From assembly GCA_030141605.1 (NCBI GenBank), contig JAQGDQ010000362.1, positions 1-64,000 on the forward strand: a stretch of DNA of 64,000 bases, in the 5' to 3' direction. Position 1 is the first letter of the stretch. The number at the start of each line of letters is the position of its first letter. Both the position numbers and the translations under genes were made by a program. The notes beneath the pieces are model-generated. The model made no database searches. It worked only from the letters and a program-made list of their open reading frames with translations, and was not told the DNA's origin. Source of the DNA: Tubiluchus corallicola. Its lineage: Eukaryota; Animalia; Priapulida. Positions 24,460-38,300 of this stretch are shown here, piece after piece.

Positions 24460-27400
24460 CTCGTTTTATATAGTATGTATGTAAAATGCAATGAATATAT
24501 AATGCATTGATTTCAATGACATGCATAGGAAGACAGGACGCCCCCATTTTGTCTCTGCTGAGAAACAAAGACGCACCAAAGTCTTACTGCACAAATCACT
24601 GGCACTCTCCAAGCAGCTTGAGGGTGTCCGGTTACAGGGCATACAGAGTTTGTATATTATTCTAACCGCGAGTGTTTGATGCAGTCAGTCGATGCGTCCT
24701 CCCTTTGTTTGTAACTGCGTCTGGAGATTTCGATATGTTGTTGATAGGAACTGTCAGATTATCCTGTTAAGCCCATAGAAGATCAGGTTGAGCCCGAGTC
24801 TGCAGATCTGTTTGACTCGCTCAGTGAACAGTGAAGCAACATCATTTATTTTCTCAAACTCAAAATCCTTTTGAAAAGTGCTAATAACTCCCCCTCCCCA
24901 AATGAGCCTAGTGCTGCTGTTTTATTTAGTATAACTTTTGGAAATGGCAAGCTATTGCACCAAACCGCCGAATGAACGTGAGATAGTCTATTTTAGTCTA
25001 CAGGTGCGTCTTTCTTAAGCTCTGAAAGAAATAAAAACTTTTCACCTGTATTGTTGTTAGGTTAGGCAGCAGTACTTGCAGTGTTTATGGAAGATCCACT
25101 GCCATTGTTGTGTTGTTGTATCGGCTGTGATTCAGCAGTGTAATCGTCGTTTTAAAGGCTTCTGTTTTACGGACTGTTTTTATAAGCTAACGTGCCTTTC
25201 ACTCGGTAAGAATAAGTGAAACAGCTGGAAATGTGCTTATTGTCGCCAGGATGTAAGCAGCGTTTTCGGATGTGAAGTAATCAGAGCGTGTTTTGAGTCT
25301 TTAAATACCTGTTAACTATTACTGTCTTCTTCGCTTCTTTTTCCAAACACTGAATCTTTATTAGTAAGCTCACTCCAGTCACTTTTTCGAGATCAGTAAG
25401 GAGACCCTGGAAAAAAACATTTTTTGCACTGTAAGAGTTGAAGTCGCGGTTACATTTTTTATTCACATGGTTAAACAGTTCTATGATACAAAAACTCGAT
25501 TTGGAATTTAAATTTTAATGTGAGCAAGAACTCATGCGTAAAAATATAATCATGTCGGCAGTTCACTACGAGCATGGGTCATTGCTCTTTTTTATAAAAC
25601 AAGTCTTGTCGAGAAGTGATGTTATTGTGAATGCTCAAACGGGCTTGAAATTTATGTTTAATTGCGAGTGTAATCGAGTTGAATGAAATCACCAACTTTT
25701 GATGTGCTTTGCGCAATAACAAGTAGCTGAAATGGGATAGTTGAAATTGCGGTCATCCGACTGTTTCAATTACTTTACCCGTTACCACGGTATCCTCCAT
25801 CAGCAAGGTGAATATGCTGGAATTTGGCCACTCAACCCGAGATTTCATTGTGATTTCATTTTATCTGCACCTGTCAGCTTAAATTTTTTTTCACGAGGCT
25901 GCCTTTCATCATTTGCATTTTATTATATTGCTATTACGTTAGCTGTGGCACAATAAATAAAAATAAACAGAAGCGCTCACATGAATTTTTAAGTCGATAA
26001 TAGTTGATACTGTTGACAATAATAAAAACTTTTGTCAAGGATTATTGTAAACGTTATACAATTAACCACTGTCGCTTTTGTTTTTCTAAAGTGGTAAGTG
26101 TTTTTCGTAAGCCGGGGAATGACTCACATAACGCCGGGTAAATTGAGAAAAAGTTTTTCGAGTAAAAAAGACAAAGGTAAAGAAGATAAAAAATGGTAAT
26201 GAAGACAAATTGAAAGAGCAAACGTCAAACAACACAGTATATCAAGTGGAAAATGGAGACTAGAAAAAAAATTCTAGGGAATGAAGGCAAAGCAAAGGCG
26301 ACATATAAAAACAAAAAAAAGATAAATGTAAATTAGAGTAACAGGGAGATAAGTCAGAAGTGCAACAGAGAGAAGGTGTAAATAGATAGGTAAAAAGGAA
26401 AAATGCGCAATAAAATCCAAAAATGTTATTAAATTTAACAACTTGTGTTACAAATTATTAAAAAAGGTCATAATTTGTATAACTTGTATAATTTGCATTT
26501 TTGTCTTATAGTCTTTCTAGATTTGCATTTACCCTACCCTTGGTTCTTCAACGCCTATACGCCTAACATCCGTAAACAGAGTTGATTAATCAGTAGAAAA
26601 TCAAAGGTGATTAAGCGCTTGTTTGCAACAACCATTTGGTGTTGACTTTTTTGCTTTGTATTTTTTATTTATTACATTCTTATTTTTGCCGTTTTTGTAA
26701 ATAAAATAGCTTCTTCATTTTTACTGTTTTTCCCTTGACTTTTTACCTGTCCACTGTGAATTCCAGCGTCGTTTTTCCAGTACATTTTCTCAAATGTTTC
26801 TATTGAGGACTTTTGAGAAAACATTTTTTGCTTTACGCTGATCAAAAGTCATTCATCCTAGTATTTGCTCATGGAATTGTCTAATTCGTTTTTCGACAGT
26901 GCAATGATTTGATTTGAGTAAAGTAATCCTCTTCAAGCGCCATTTTATCTCAATGTCAATATCCTTTCCTCAGAAGTCTTGCTGTTCTAAAACTTGAAGT
27001 TTTAATTGCTGCTTATCATTTGTCAAATAAAAATATTTTACGACTCCTCGGCACATTTTTGGCTCCACAAATCTTGTTTGAACCGTGCTTTAAAGAATTT
27101 TCACAATAAGTATAATTGTGATACGGCATGCGAGCTAATGGATAACACGAACGTATTTAGATAATGGCGACTGTTTTGCAAATATTCACCAAAAATACTT
27201 TGATGAGAGTGGATCTTACTGTGGCGTGTATATGTGCGTTGGCAAGATGGTAATGTACTAATATGCTTGTAACATCGATTAAAAAGCATCTTGTCAGTCA
27301 GTTTGGTAGCTAACTCTCATATCTCATGCAGCTGTAATAACACGGAAATAATTCTTAATGCTAAGAATAGATACAAAATCGTACGTAAGTAATTCATTCT

Positions 27401-30400
27401 GAGCGTTATTTGAACAACCGCAGAAATATTAAATTTCCTTTCTTACTGCTCACACATTTAAATTGTCCTGCATGTAAAGGAAACATAATTGTCACCTGTC
27501 GTTGGACCCTTTCTGCATGGAGCAAGCATGTCATAACCTTCATTATCAAGCTCCTACCCAGTACGCATGGCATCTTCACTTCTGTGAAGTGACACACTGC
27601 CTTTTAATTCTCTTTGCTTCTCGCACCTTCTACTTTTTACATTTTGCCGAAGCCTGTACAAATCTATCTTCTTGACCTGTGCCGATATCTCAATATCCCG
27701 GTGAAACTTTAATTTTTTGTTCTGTTTTGTAGTAGTTATATCTTGACTGTAATGTATGTAACAATGTATTATTTATGGCATTTTGGAGTAAACTAAGCTA
27801 AACTTCCTCCTCTTTCTTTCAAAATTGTAAAAGACCACGTGGGTGAGAATGCCTAAATGTAATGTTATGAAATGCCTTTATAGAAGGAAACTTTTTAAAA
27901 CTAGGCCTGAAATCGAATTGTCATTCTATAATCATTATTGATCTAGTGTGTCAAACTGAATAACCAGAATTTGGGCCTAACTGGAAAGTGATTTAGTGAA
28001 AGTCCCGGTATAATTTAACTATTCTTGGTTGAGCTAGTAACTATGCAAATACAAACACTGATAATATGAGTATGATTGGAGGTATTGATGAAACAGACTG
28101 TGCATTGTGCAGAACTGTGTACCTGGGTCACTCACCCTGGGTGCAGGCACACGAGTACACGGGTAAAGGATAACAGTTAAACACAAATGAAAGGAAGGCC
28201 TGACGATAATGAAGCGTAGAAACAAGCTGAGTATTGTGATCAGTTCTGCTTTGGTTAGCCACAACGTGGGGCAATGCCCTACCTGCCCGTCATGCGCTGC
28301 ATGCCTATTCAGAGCAAAAATTCGCTCTTATTTTGTGTCCATGTAGATTTTTTTATTAGTTCAGTTTCGCAGAAAGGTGTGGTTAATGGGCTACTTGCTG
28401 CAAAAACAGAATTACGGTGTATATATAATGTAAGCTAACTCGGCTTATTAGTGTTGCCGACACGTGACCAATACAAAAGTTTCTGCAGTAGAGCAATAAA
28501 TAAGTTTAGTTATGGTGACAGCCTTGTGGAGAACCAGTATTTTTCTCTCTTGGGGCATAATTCATCATGATAATTTTACAGCCGTAATAGTTGTTTTCTT
28601 ATTTGCTTTACTGCATGTAATAATAAAATATAATACCCAGTTTTTGCCAATGTAAACATACTTTAAAATTATTTTCTGTAAGCTAGTACTTTTTTCAACA
28701 GTACACAAAAAAGCATCCAGGTACCGTTTTTACATTCATTCTAGATACACGTAGTCGTTTCGCCTCAAAAGATCCAAAGGTCCTGCGTGTGCTTGTGAGA
28801 GAGAGGGTAAATTCAGTGTATAGAATCAGGTGTGTTTGCAAAGGTGTTTGTATTCTGCTTAGTTGTCGAGTTTGTCAGCTTACGTTTGGACCAACTTGGT
28901 TACTTTTTCCCACAGCTTCTTGGCTCTGTCGTCACAAAACCGCCTTGTCCTGGCCAGTTATTGTTGATATAGTGTTATTCTTTCTGTTACCTTCCCACGT
29001 AGAGACGTTCTTTTCTTGTTGCACGGGCTGAATTTGTCTTGGAGATTGCGCACCGAGGTCTTTTCAGTTGGATAATCGTTTGAATTTTTTCTCGAGAGTG
29101 GTTATATTAGTTTTCCGCCAAGTTTTTTTAATCCGTGCAACTACCACGCAGCAGGTAACTGACGTCAGTAATGGCAGCTGGATGCTGCGGGTGGAGCAAA
29201 GAAACTTGGTGAAAAGCCGCACGCCCCTGCTCTTTCATCCCATTGTAATCTATCCTGATACATTACTTTGCAGATTTCATTGTGGATACTTCTTTTCATG
29301 GGTAAATCAGAGATTATTCGTACAAAACGACAAAACGCGCAAAAAACTCCGATTCTTTTGCAGTGTAGGTAACCATTTGCGCTGTCAACATGTATGTCAA
29401 CCAAGGAAGACCTGGCGACTTTTTGATGTGCCTCTTTTAAAAGAAAGTGCATATACAAATACAGTCATTTCGTATTACGATACGAAGTTTTATCTTATAC
29501 AGTGGAACCAACCCAGCCACGCATAATCCGGGTTTCATGACCTGAGCCATGACCTAGCTCCTTTAAAGTTCCTGTAGCATCCTGTTAGAACTGTTACTAT
29601 TTATTGCAAACGCTTTAGTGAGCTGGAGTATATGAAGGAATTTTTTTTCTATATGTATATATACAGATTTATAGAAAAATATTGGATTTGTACCCGTTTG
29701 AATAATTTAATTGCGCAAGTTTCTCTTGTATTATTTTTGTTTTGATAATATACAAGTTTTGTGGGCATTTGCAAGCACCGTTACCTGACGATTATAAATC
29801 ACTAAGACACTGTCATATATATCCCTGCCTTTACAATAATCGAAGTCGGCTGGTTTTGTCGTGTGTCCCGTTTCCCGAACGAAAATATACCAAAAATTTT
29901 ACCTTGACCCGGAAACTGTTCTTGGTCAATTTTGGTCTCCATCAGTTTCCGTCTCTAGTCTGAAAAATGATCTTTGGGATAAACAGGTTCGATATTGTTT
30001 CTAAAACAATTTGTAGTGCTTTGCCAACTTTCTCAGTGTCACGTGATCGCGGTTTTGTTTGGCAGTCTTGATATTAATATGACTTTCGTCTTGTTATCTA
30101 TGATGTTGATCTTCACGCCATGCACAAATATTAGCCAATTCTAAGGTTAACCTGTGTCCTTGAGTAATACTGTGCAGCATTTGTGGTTCGCATATTAGTT
30201 TTTAATCAATCATCTAGATTAAGTAGCGTTAATGCCCGACCTTGATAATGCTTGCACTGCAGAATATGAAAACAAACGTCATGCCGTCGTTTCGTTGAGT
30301 AAGTCTACCCCAGTAGCCTAAAGCCCTAGTCTTCTGGGTTTCACTGATAAGCTGTGCCAAAGCCTTGAAAGTTTGTCAACCTATGTTATCATAGCTTTTG

Positions 30401-30564
30401 GCGCGCAAGATCATTTCGTGTTGAAGTCCAAGTTATCCTGCTCTAGTTAAAGCAATTTTCTCGTAAAATCTAAGTCATTAGTGTTTTTTATCGAACTAGT
30501 TAATGACAGTAAACATAACTTCAAGTTGACTTTATTAAAACACGTATAATTTCTATTTTGAAGC

Positions 30565-30995
30565 GCTGTAAAGTTAGAAACACCCCCTTTTCGTGAATAC
30601 AAACATGTAGTCTAAGCATTGAGAGTGTGGTGTGTTCGCCGATGTTAATTATATTTTTATTAGTACTTTTTGTCAGTCAGTATAACAGCAGTTTTTAACA
30701 AAAAAGTATTGCAGCAGTTTTCCACTTCGTAAAAAATGAATTTCATGTGAAAATTCTTGTTTTGTTCGTTATTGATATTAGCTGTAAAAGGTTAGAAACA
30801 CCTTTTTTTAGTGAATGCAAACGTGTAATCTAAGTATTGAGAGTGAGTGTGGTGTGTTTGCCGATGTTTAATAATATTTTTATTAGTACTTTTTGTCAGT
30901 TCAGTATCACAACAGTTTTTAACAAAAAAATATTGCAGCAGTTTTCCACTTCGTAAAAAATGAATTTCATGTAAAATTTTTGTTTTGTTCGTGAT
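30565..30995. repeat. Two-copy tandem duplication, ~216-bp unit
   Basis: GCTGTAAA..GTTAGAAACACC...TTGCAGCAGTTTTCCACTTCGTAAAAAATGAATTTCATGT starts at 30565 and 30781, with high identity. Confidence 0.92.
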
Positions 30996-33900
30996 AATAT
31001 TTTAAGTTAACGATTAAAAAGTTAAAAAAGAGCTCAAAGTTCTTCTAAATTTACTAAACAACAACTTTAGTAAATGACATTTATTTGTTAATAAAACAAT
31101 TTCCGATTTAAATTCTGCATTCTGTTTGTAGACTGTAGGACCACGAAGATTATTTTTTCTTTTGGTACTTGATTTAGGACCAGCTGTTAAAAAACTTCGC
31201 CCATATTTAAATTTGAAAAACATTAGCCGATTTATTTCAACGTCTTTCACGTTAAAAATAATTATCCTTATAAAGTCTCATATAGCGCTATTGTTATTAC
31301 CATTTGCTATATAAATCATCATGCTAATCATTGTATCTCAGTTGCGCTATTTTTCCAAGCAAATAATTATATCAGTGCATCAAATAAGTTTGTGTTGTCA
31401 TAACAAATGCGCGTATTAAAAGCGGTTTAAAGCGTTCAAGTGAAATAACTCGTTGTCATTGACTGAGCTTGCTGGACAAAAGAATTAGTTTTTATAGGAT
31501 TTTAATGTCTAATATGAGGGCAATGGAACAGTAATGTCAGTGTTGAGTCATGTCAAAGCCAGAGCAATAAAGCTGTGAAACATAATGTAAATATTTCATT
31601 ATACCCACGTGCCCGTGAAGTTTCCACTTTTTGATGTATTATGAAAATGGAAATTAGTGGGCAAATATGTTAAAAACAAGCAAAGGCTGCCAAGTTGCCC
31701 ACCTGGGTCGTTGCCAGTGGGATACAAGGCACTGCCCCGATCTGGGGGCTGTGAACAATTTTCTTGCCCGATCATGTCATTGGATTACAGGGTTTTTGGC
31801 TCGTTGTATGTCAGAATAATGATATCAGCACTTCATTGATCGGTCGCAAGGAGTGACGGTTTTTGGTTCACTGAAGTTTTATAAACGATGCAGTATCGGT
31901 GAAAAAAATTATTCACGTTCGCTTTGGCTCATCGTGGAGCATGGGAAAATTCCCTCAAACGCATTTTTCTCCGGCTAATTATGTCCGAACAATCGCCATT
32001 ATTTGTAAAGAATATTACAAAAGTATTAGTCCCGGATTACGGTAATTTCAAAAAGCTTCTGACGGAATCGGTCAGCAGTTGCACTGTTATTAACCTTGGG
32101 TTTATAACCAGTTTTTGTGTTTATGCCATTGTGAGGCCTGGGTTACTATTGTGAGTAAAATCTGCTCGTGGTCAACCGTGGTCACTTGTAATTTTAATGC
32201 CATGCCAATTATCGCTGGTGGGCGGGCACGAAAAACTGCATATCGTTGCTGTTGTATTAAACTAATTTTCTTAAGATGTAAATCTATTGATAATACTTCT
32301 TAGTATTTTGTGAGTGTGTATCGGAGTGTATCCACAGTGCGATGTCCCTCTCAAGGTCAGACAGAATGCAGGAGATGCTGCACCCCGGACCGTGCTGATC
32401 GGTTGGCTGCACGCGTTACTATTTTGCTTACCCTGGACACACAGAGGCGTGCTGCTGGACAATGGACGAAAAGTGAAAGCCGAACCGGACCCGGCCACAC
32501 TATACGGATTCAATTATACTGGTGTGCAATCTTTATACGAACTCATCTAGGTAGAAAATTTATGGAGTGCGAGCTCATTTTAGCATACGTACAAGACTGC
32601 TTAGTATGCAGTTTAAACAAATGCACAGTTTGTAACTGATACCAGCTACACGGTGGAAAAGCTTACCGTAGCCAGTATTTTTGAAATTTTGATATGATTG
32701 CCGCGCTTTGCTGTTGGAATTTGAACGTCATACAAGGAAGCATGTTCGCGCCATTGCTGTGTAGTTTTCACCTCGCAGGCAGGATAGAATTCAATTATTC
32801 TTGGCATCATTATCTTTGCCTTCACCCGCAAAACAGAAACAGGTGGCGGCTGGGGTAAGACGATGTGCTTTAAGCGCAGGGGTTTTTAATTATTGTCTAC
32901 AAACAGCCCTGAGGGTGGAAGGAAGGCGTCTTTTACAACTACCAGCTACTACTTGTTTGCGCGAGAAGGCAAGCTTGGTCGGCTCAAGGACAAATTTACG
33001 CACCGTGCACACTTAATAAAAATGGCAATTTTCCTAATAGCATTTTCATTGCTCTTAACATTTTAGCGTCTGTATGCTTGGTGAAAAAACAAGTCGAGCG
33101 AGTTTCCGAAGAAGGTGTACTGGTGTATGTTATCCCCCACCGTTCCTCTGCATGCTGATAAGATGCTGTAATTTCTCCTTGGGCGCTTCTGCCTTAATAG
33201 TAACTCCTGTAGTATTTTTAGTTGACATTGGAAAACGAATTTCATTAGGCGAGAACTGGTTACTCGTGAGTGAAACTTAACGTCGTCTATATAGTAAAAC
33301 GTACGGCGGATGCACGAGGGGGGTCTTTAATAAAGGGTAGCACTGATTGGTATTGTGCATTGAAATATTTTCCGCGGAATTCAAATAGTCTACATGAGAT
33401 ATTTTATTTTATGACATCTCTAAAGCTATTAGTCGTCGCTGATGAATTTCTCAAAACACGGGGTGCTAAACGAATTATAGCAGTTTGGACTTATTGTTTA
33501 ATTTTTTTTCCAAATGAGGCGTCGTCTGTTTTTGTTTCTAGGTAGGTGTGGCGTTGCTTACTGGATAAAATCGAGTTATTGTGACATTCTGTTGTTCTTG
33601 ACACTGTAATCTGTTTAGTTTGCTTAGGATAACTAAATACTAATGCCTGTTTGCAGTTGTAACAGTTTGGTAATCTTCAGTAGGAAGACGTTGTTGAATT
33701 ACTTTTTCGCAATGTATACACGTGATGTTTTTAACATTGTGCAGTAATCTGAACTAAGGGCTTAATATTGATTTTTTGATTTTCTGCTGCAGAAAAATGA
33801 TAAAAAGCTTCTGTTTGACAGGTTAGAGCTGCAATAAATTAATAAATTTTTGTGCACATTATTATTACAATCACCAACTGACTATGCAAACCGGTTTTAA

Positions 33901-34430
33901 TTTTTATAAAATTATTGTTTTACGTGTTGCATTTTTATTTTTGGGCGTTGGAATAAAAGTTCACTAATAGTTAACTATGATGGCAGTTAAAATAAATAAA
34001 ATTGCGGTCGTGCATGCTTAGTGGACATGATGTCCACAAAGTTGTATGTGCAAAAGCAGCTGTGGATGTCTCTGATAAGGGGAGTCTTTAATTTGCCACT
34101 AAAAAGTGTTGGTCTTAAATTGCAGAATGACTAAATTTACTCATTCAAAAGAGATGCTTATTCAACTTTAAATAACTTTTTCACATGTTTTCATTGCTTA
34201 TGAACAAACCAACTCCAGAAAATTTAAAAAGATACTTGAGAGAAGTTGCAAGTTAGCATTAGCTTGCGTCAGCACTGCTCACTTGTGTTATTAGCAATGC
34301 TTTGACATTTAAAATTGATATATTAGAAGTTGTTTCTTCGTTTTTCGTCTCATCATTTCTGTCATCTTTGTATCATCAACTACATGTTTAATGTTTTTGC
34401 CTATACTATATCTTGTGTGTTTATTTTCAG

Positions 34431-36000
34431 GTTTTTGAAAACTGTAGCATCCTCATTGGAGTGGATATGAGAGTTTAAGACTGGCGAAGTTTATACTGTA
34501 CTAATTCGTTGGAATTTTTTTGGTTTTGAGGAGGCTAAAGTTCAAAAGCTTTTCCGGGCAAAGTGCACATTAAAGGCCTGTAAATAATAGTTATATGCTA
34601 TGTGAAAGCTAAGGTCTTCTAGAATTAAAAAGTGTTGTTGTAATTATTATTAGTATTACTGCCAGAGCGCTTCTGCAAAGAAAAATATTTTTAATTTGCT
34701 GACAGGTAATAATCAGGACGTTATCTAAAATGTCTTGCAGAAATTATCAAGTTACCTTCTAAGATACCACAAGATATCGTCTTGTGGCGTGCTAATAACC
34801 TCAAAATTTGTTACAATTTTAATATAGCACTGTTATTCCTTCTTTTATTTTGGTAATTTAACTGCATTCACGCTATGGCACGTTCACTCTTTTTGTCTAT
34901 TTAACTTGTTTGTGCATTTAGTCTCATGTGTTTTTTAGTGATTTTTCTGTGTGTAATTGATAATACTGTATAATGCTTAACATAATATAGTACTGTTTTG
35001 TTTTCATTTTTTGCTAATCAAAAAGATGTTTTTTCTCATTATATTTGTTGTTGCAAGTATTAATTGGTGTCAGTGATTTTTTGTTAATGTTTTGATCTCA
35101 TATTTGCTATATGCAGCTTGAATTATGTAAATGTTCACTAGTTATGGTATAAGTGATATCATTGATTTTGGACTGTGGGACTATTGTGTTGCATGTATAT
35201 TAATGTGATGTAATATGGCCTTATAGGTGAACATTTCTCATCGTTCACCAGGTTATAGCTTGTTGTTAGTCTTTTGACTTAAGAAAATGAGTTTTTGAGT
35301 TTGTGTGATAGAAAATATATTGTAGCATTATAGCATGCAGTACTGAATGCATGGACAAGACTATTGTTGTTCTGGGATAAAGTAGACATACCCTAAGGTA
35401 ATTTAGTGACACTGTGTACTATACACTACATGACACTTACTTTGGCTTTTAGTACACCATCCAATCAGTAAAAGTGCAGTATGACCATTCTTATTGAGGC
35501 GTCTTTATTTCTTGAATTAGGCCGTTTATAAATCGTCGTTTTTTACTGTTGGTATTTTATAACGTTTGACTACATTTCATAAATCCCATAAATCCAATAT
35601 CCAGAATAGACTTACACACGTTTTACTTCTATATTTAATGGTGACCGTGACGCTTGATAACTTTCTGTAACATGTGGTATATAACCGTATACGTAGACTG
35701 TGGTCATTTAGAACGCTTCTATACATAATGACGAGATTTGTACAATAGCAGCTATAAATTTAGCGTTTACTTTAGAATGTAATAACAACTACGTGTAGTA
35801 CTGCATGGTGGTGATATAGTTGGATCTTGTTGTGTAAATATTTTTCCACGTATACATACTATCTTCAAATTGTGATTGTGTAATTACCACCAAGTTATGT
35901 AGTAATATTAGCTGATTTTTTTTCGTATACTGAATTATGCATATAATATATAGAAGCTATGTAAATCTCTTTACTCAATAAATCTCTGTCCATACGTTAA
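34431..36000 (+). other. Probable non-coding last exon / 3' UTR of the Cip/Kip gene
   Basis: Strong acceptor TTTATTTTCAG|G at 34430; ~1.5 kb U-rich tract; AATAAA at 35977-35982 followed by GU/U-rich sequence; consistent with the donor 6 nt after the stop codon. Confidence 0.6.
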
Positions 36001-38129
36001 TATTGTTTTGTACATGTCTCTGTTGTCGATTTTGTTTGCACGTTTTACCTGCAATTTCATACACGTAATACTGTAATTACTTGAACAAGATAAGATGCAA
36101 TGTCAGCATAAAATTCACTGGCAAAATGAATTGAAAAATGGACTGATTGCGAATGGACTGAGTTTTTTTTAAAAGCTCTTACTACACGTTTTGGGTCATC
36201 TTTCGTAACCTGGATTTTTTTAAATGTTACTCAACTTTTTGTGTACTAATCGACACGGAAAAAATCAACTTGGTTTAAAGCCCTTGGGGGCCCAGAAGAA
36301 ATTAGGAGATTGAAAATAATTATTAAACTCCGATAGAAGGATTTTGAATCGAATTTGCAACAAGAATTAATAAAACCAAAATATCTAGGATTTTACTAAG
36401 AAAACCTTACGTACATTGGGATAATAATTTTTATGGTCGCCATAATTGGATTACCCAGCGAGCCTATGCTTTTATTATGGTTTACTTTATGAGTTGTTAG
36501 TGAATATAGACGGCTTCCAGCGTCTTCAGACTGCAACAGGTAGAATGTTAATATCTACGTCCGCTTAACACAGCAATAAGTTGCTTATGCTTGTAGAACT
36601 CGCTAGTCGCCATGTGAGAGCTAGCATAGTAAGATGAGTACCACAATGGCACGTTGCCAATTTAGCAACCCTGGATTTCTCTGCCTCATGGCTCCACTTC
36701 TCTAGTTTACAAAAACACACCCAGTGTACAAAAGGCAATTTTATTACCCGAAAAGCCAGCGAGTTGGGGTTAGTAGCCAGCGAAAACAATCTGCGGGTCG
36801 TTCACATGAGCTTAACATCCACAAACAGGTTTCCATCCAATTCTGAACAAATTATTTCGGATGATGTGATGTAACCATAAAATATTACCGTCTACACACC
36901 TTTGCCGCTTTATTATGGTCCGATAGGCGTTAACTTTCTTCCAACCGCAAGATGTAATAATTTTTAAGGAAAAGTCAACATCATATTATAAATAATTAAA
37001 ATATTTCGATGGCCATACTGATGTCATCACTGATATTGCATTTAGCCAAAGGGAAAATAATTTATCGCTGAATGATTACCTGCGAGGTGGCGCCATGCGA
37101 TAAATTTGTATTGAAAATATACATGTTTACTGAGGCATGTATTTAAGGATTTTTGCTTAAGGATTAACTCTACATACGGCCAATTCTTCGATTTCATTTA
37201 ACTACTAAAATGGTTTGCGTCGAAAGTTTGTGATGGGTCCATGTTTTTGCGGTGCACATTTTTTACTTCATAGCTTTTTCCACTTCTACTCTGCAATAAC
37301 GTATTATTTTAGTAATTATTGAATTCACAACCGATATAGTCCTAATTAACCCGTTAGTTGTTCGCATCTCTTATATATATATATATACATAACATATATA
37401 TACATATATAACAACAAGGATTGTAATTTTGTCCATGGAAATCGGAAAAATACTTTTCCAAATGTCGAAACTGTTATAGGACAATCATTTACTTTAAATC
37501 AATGCAAAGCATTAAATACCTAGCTAAAACAAACATAAAAATAAATTTACCTATTGATCGGACGGTGTTTATTTCAATTCGCCTTCAAGTATTAAATACT
37601 TTATTTTAGTATTACGTAATTTTGTGCATTCCAATTCAATTTAACATTATTTTATTACGCAATTCACTATAGAAATATTTTGTTCAAGTCTGTCGTGCGA
37701 TAAAGAACTCGATGGGATTTGTGATACGCATTGTGAGAAAGTAGTGGGACGGCAAATAAAATAGCAGAATAAAATACGAAGTTTAGTTAAAAGAAGTGAC
37801 TGTTTATAGACAGTAACGAACGGAAGATTTGGCGCGTGGAAAAGTTTTATTTTTGAATTGTCAGGCACCTATTTTGTGAATTTTATATAACGTTTTTATG
37901 CATTTTCATATTTCATGCGGCCATGTAAAGTATACCGGACATAGACGCGCTGAAGCCGATAGCAAAGTAGACGAGTAGCTGCGAGGAAAAGCCAGCTTAT
38001 ATTTTGAAACGGCAGAACTTCACACTTTCTCTTTTGTCTGTAACTTAAACTAGTCACTAAGCATCCTATTTGAATGATCGTTAACATTACAGCGGTAGGA
38101 AAAGCTGACAGGAGCCGATCTGTGTGAGT

Positions 38130-38300
38130 GACAAAATTATAAAAACTCTTTTGAAATCTATTGGCTTTTCGAACGTTTGGACGATTTTTTCATGCAAAGT
38201 CAAAATCTTGCTATGTGGTACTCCTGGTGCCAGTAAACTCCGCACCTTTATATTGGCACACCAAAACTCCAACACCCAATAACCTCCACTTGTCTGTATG
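38130..38300 (+). mobile_element. Possible LINE ORF2 C-terminal relic
   Basis: KTLLKSIGFSNVW...SKLRTF resembles the 'LL..LGF..VW...SKLRTY' motif of invertebrate LINEs; degraded. Confidence 0.4.

Noticed and set aside
24294-24568. Cys-Val repeat ORFs
   Set aside because: Translations of the (CA)n repeat.
29068-29526. 152-aa ORF nested in the large intron (also the ORFs at 32271-32639)
   Set aside because: TTG/GTG starts, no domain resemblance, no coherent splice sites; probably chance ORFs in GC-richer regulatory DNA.
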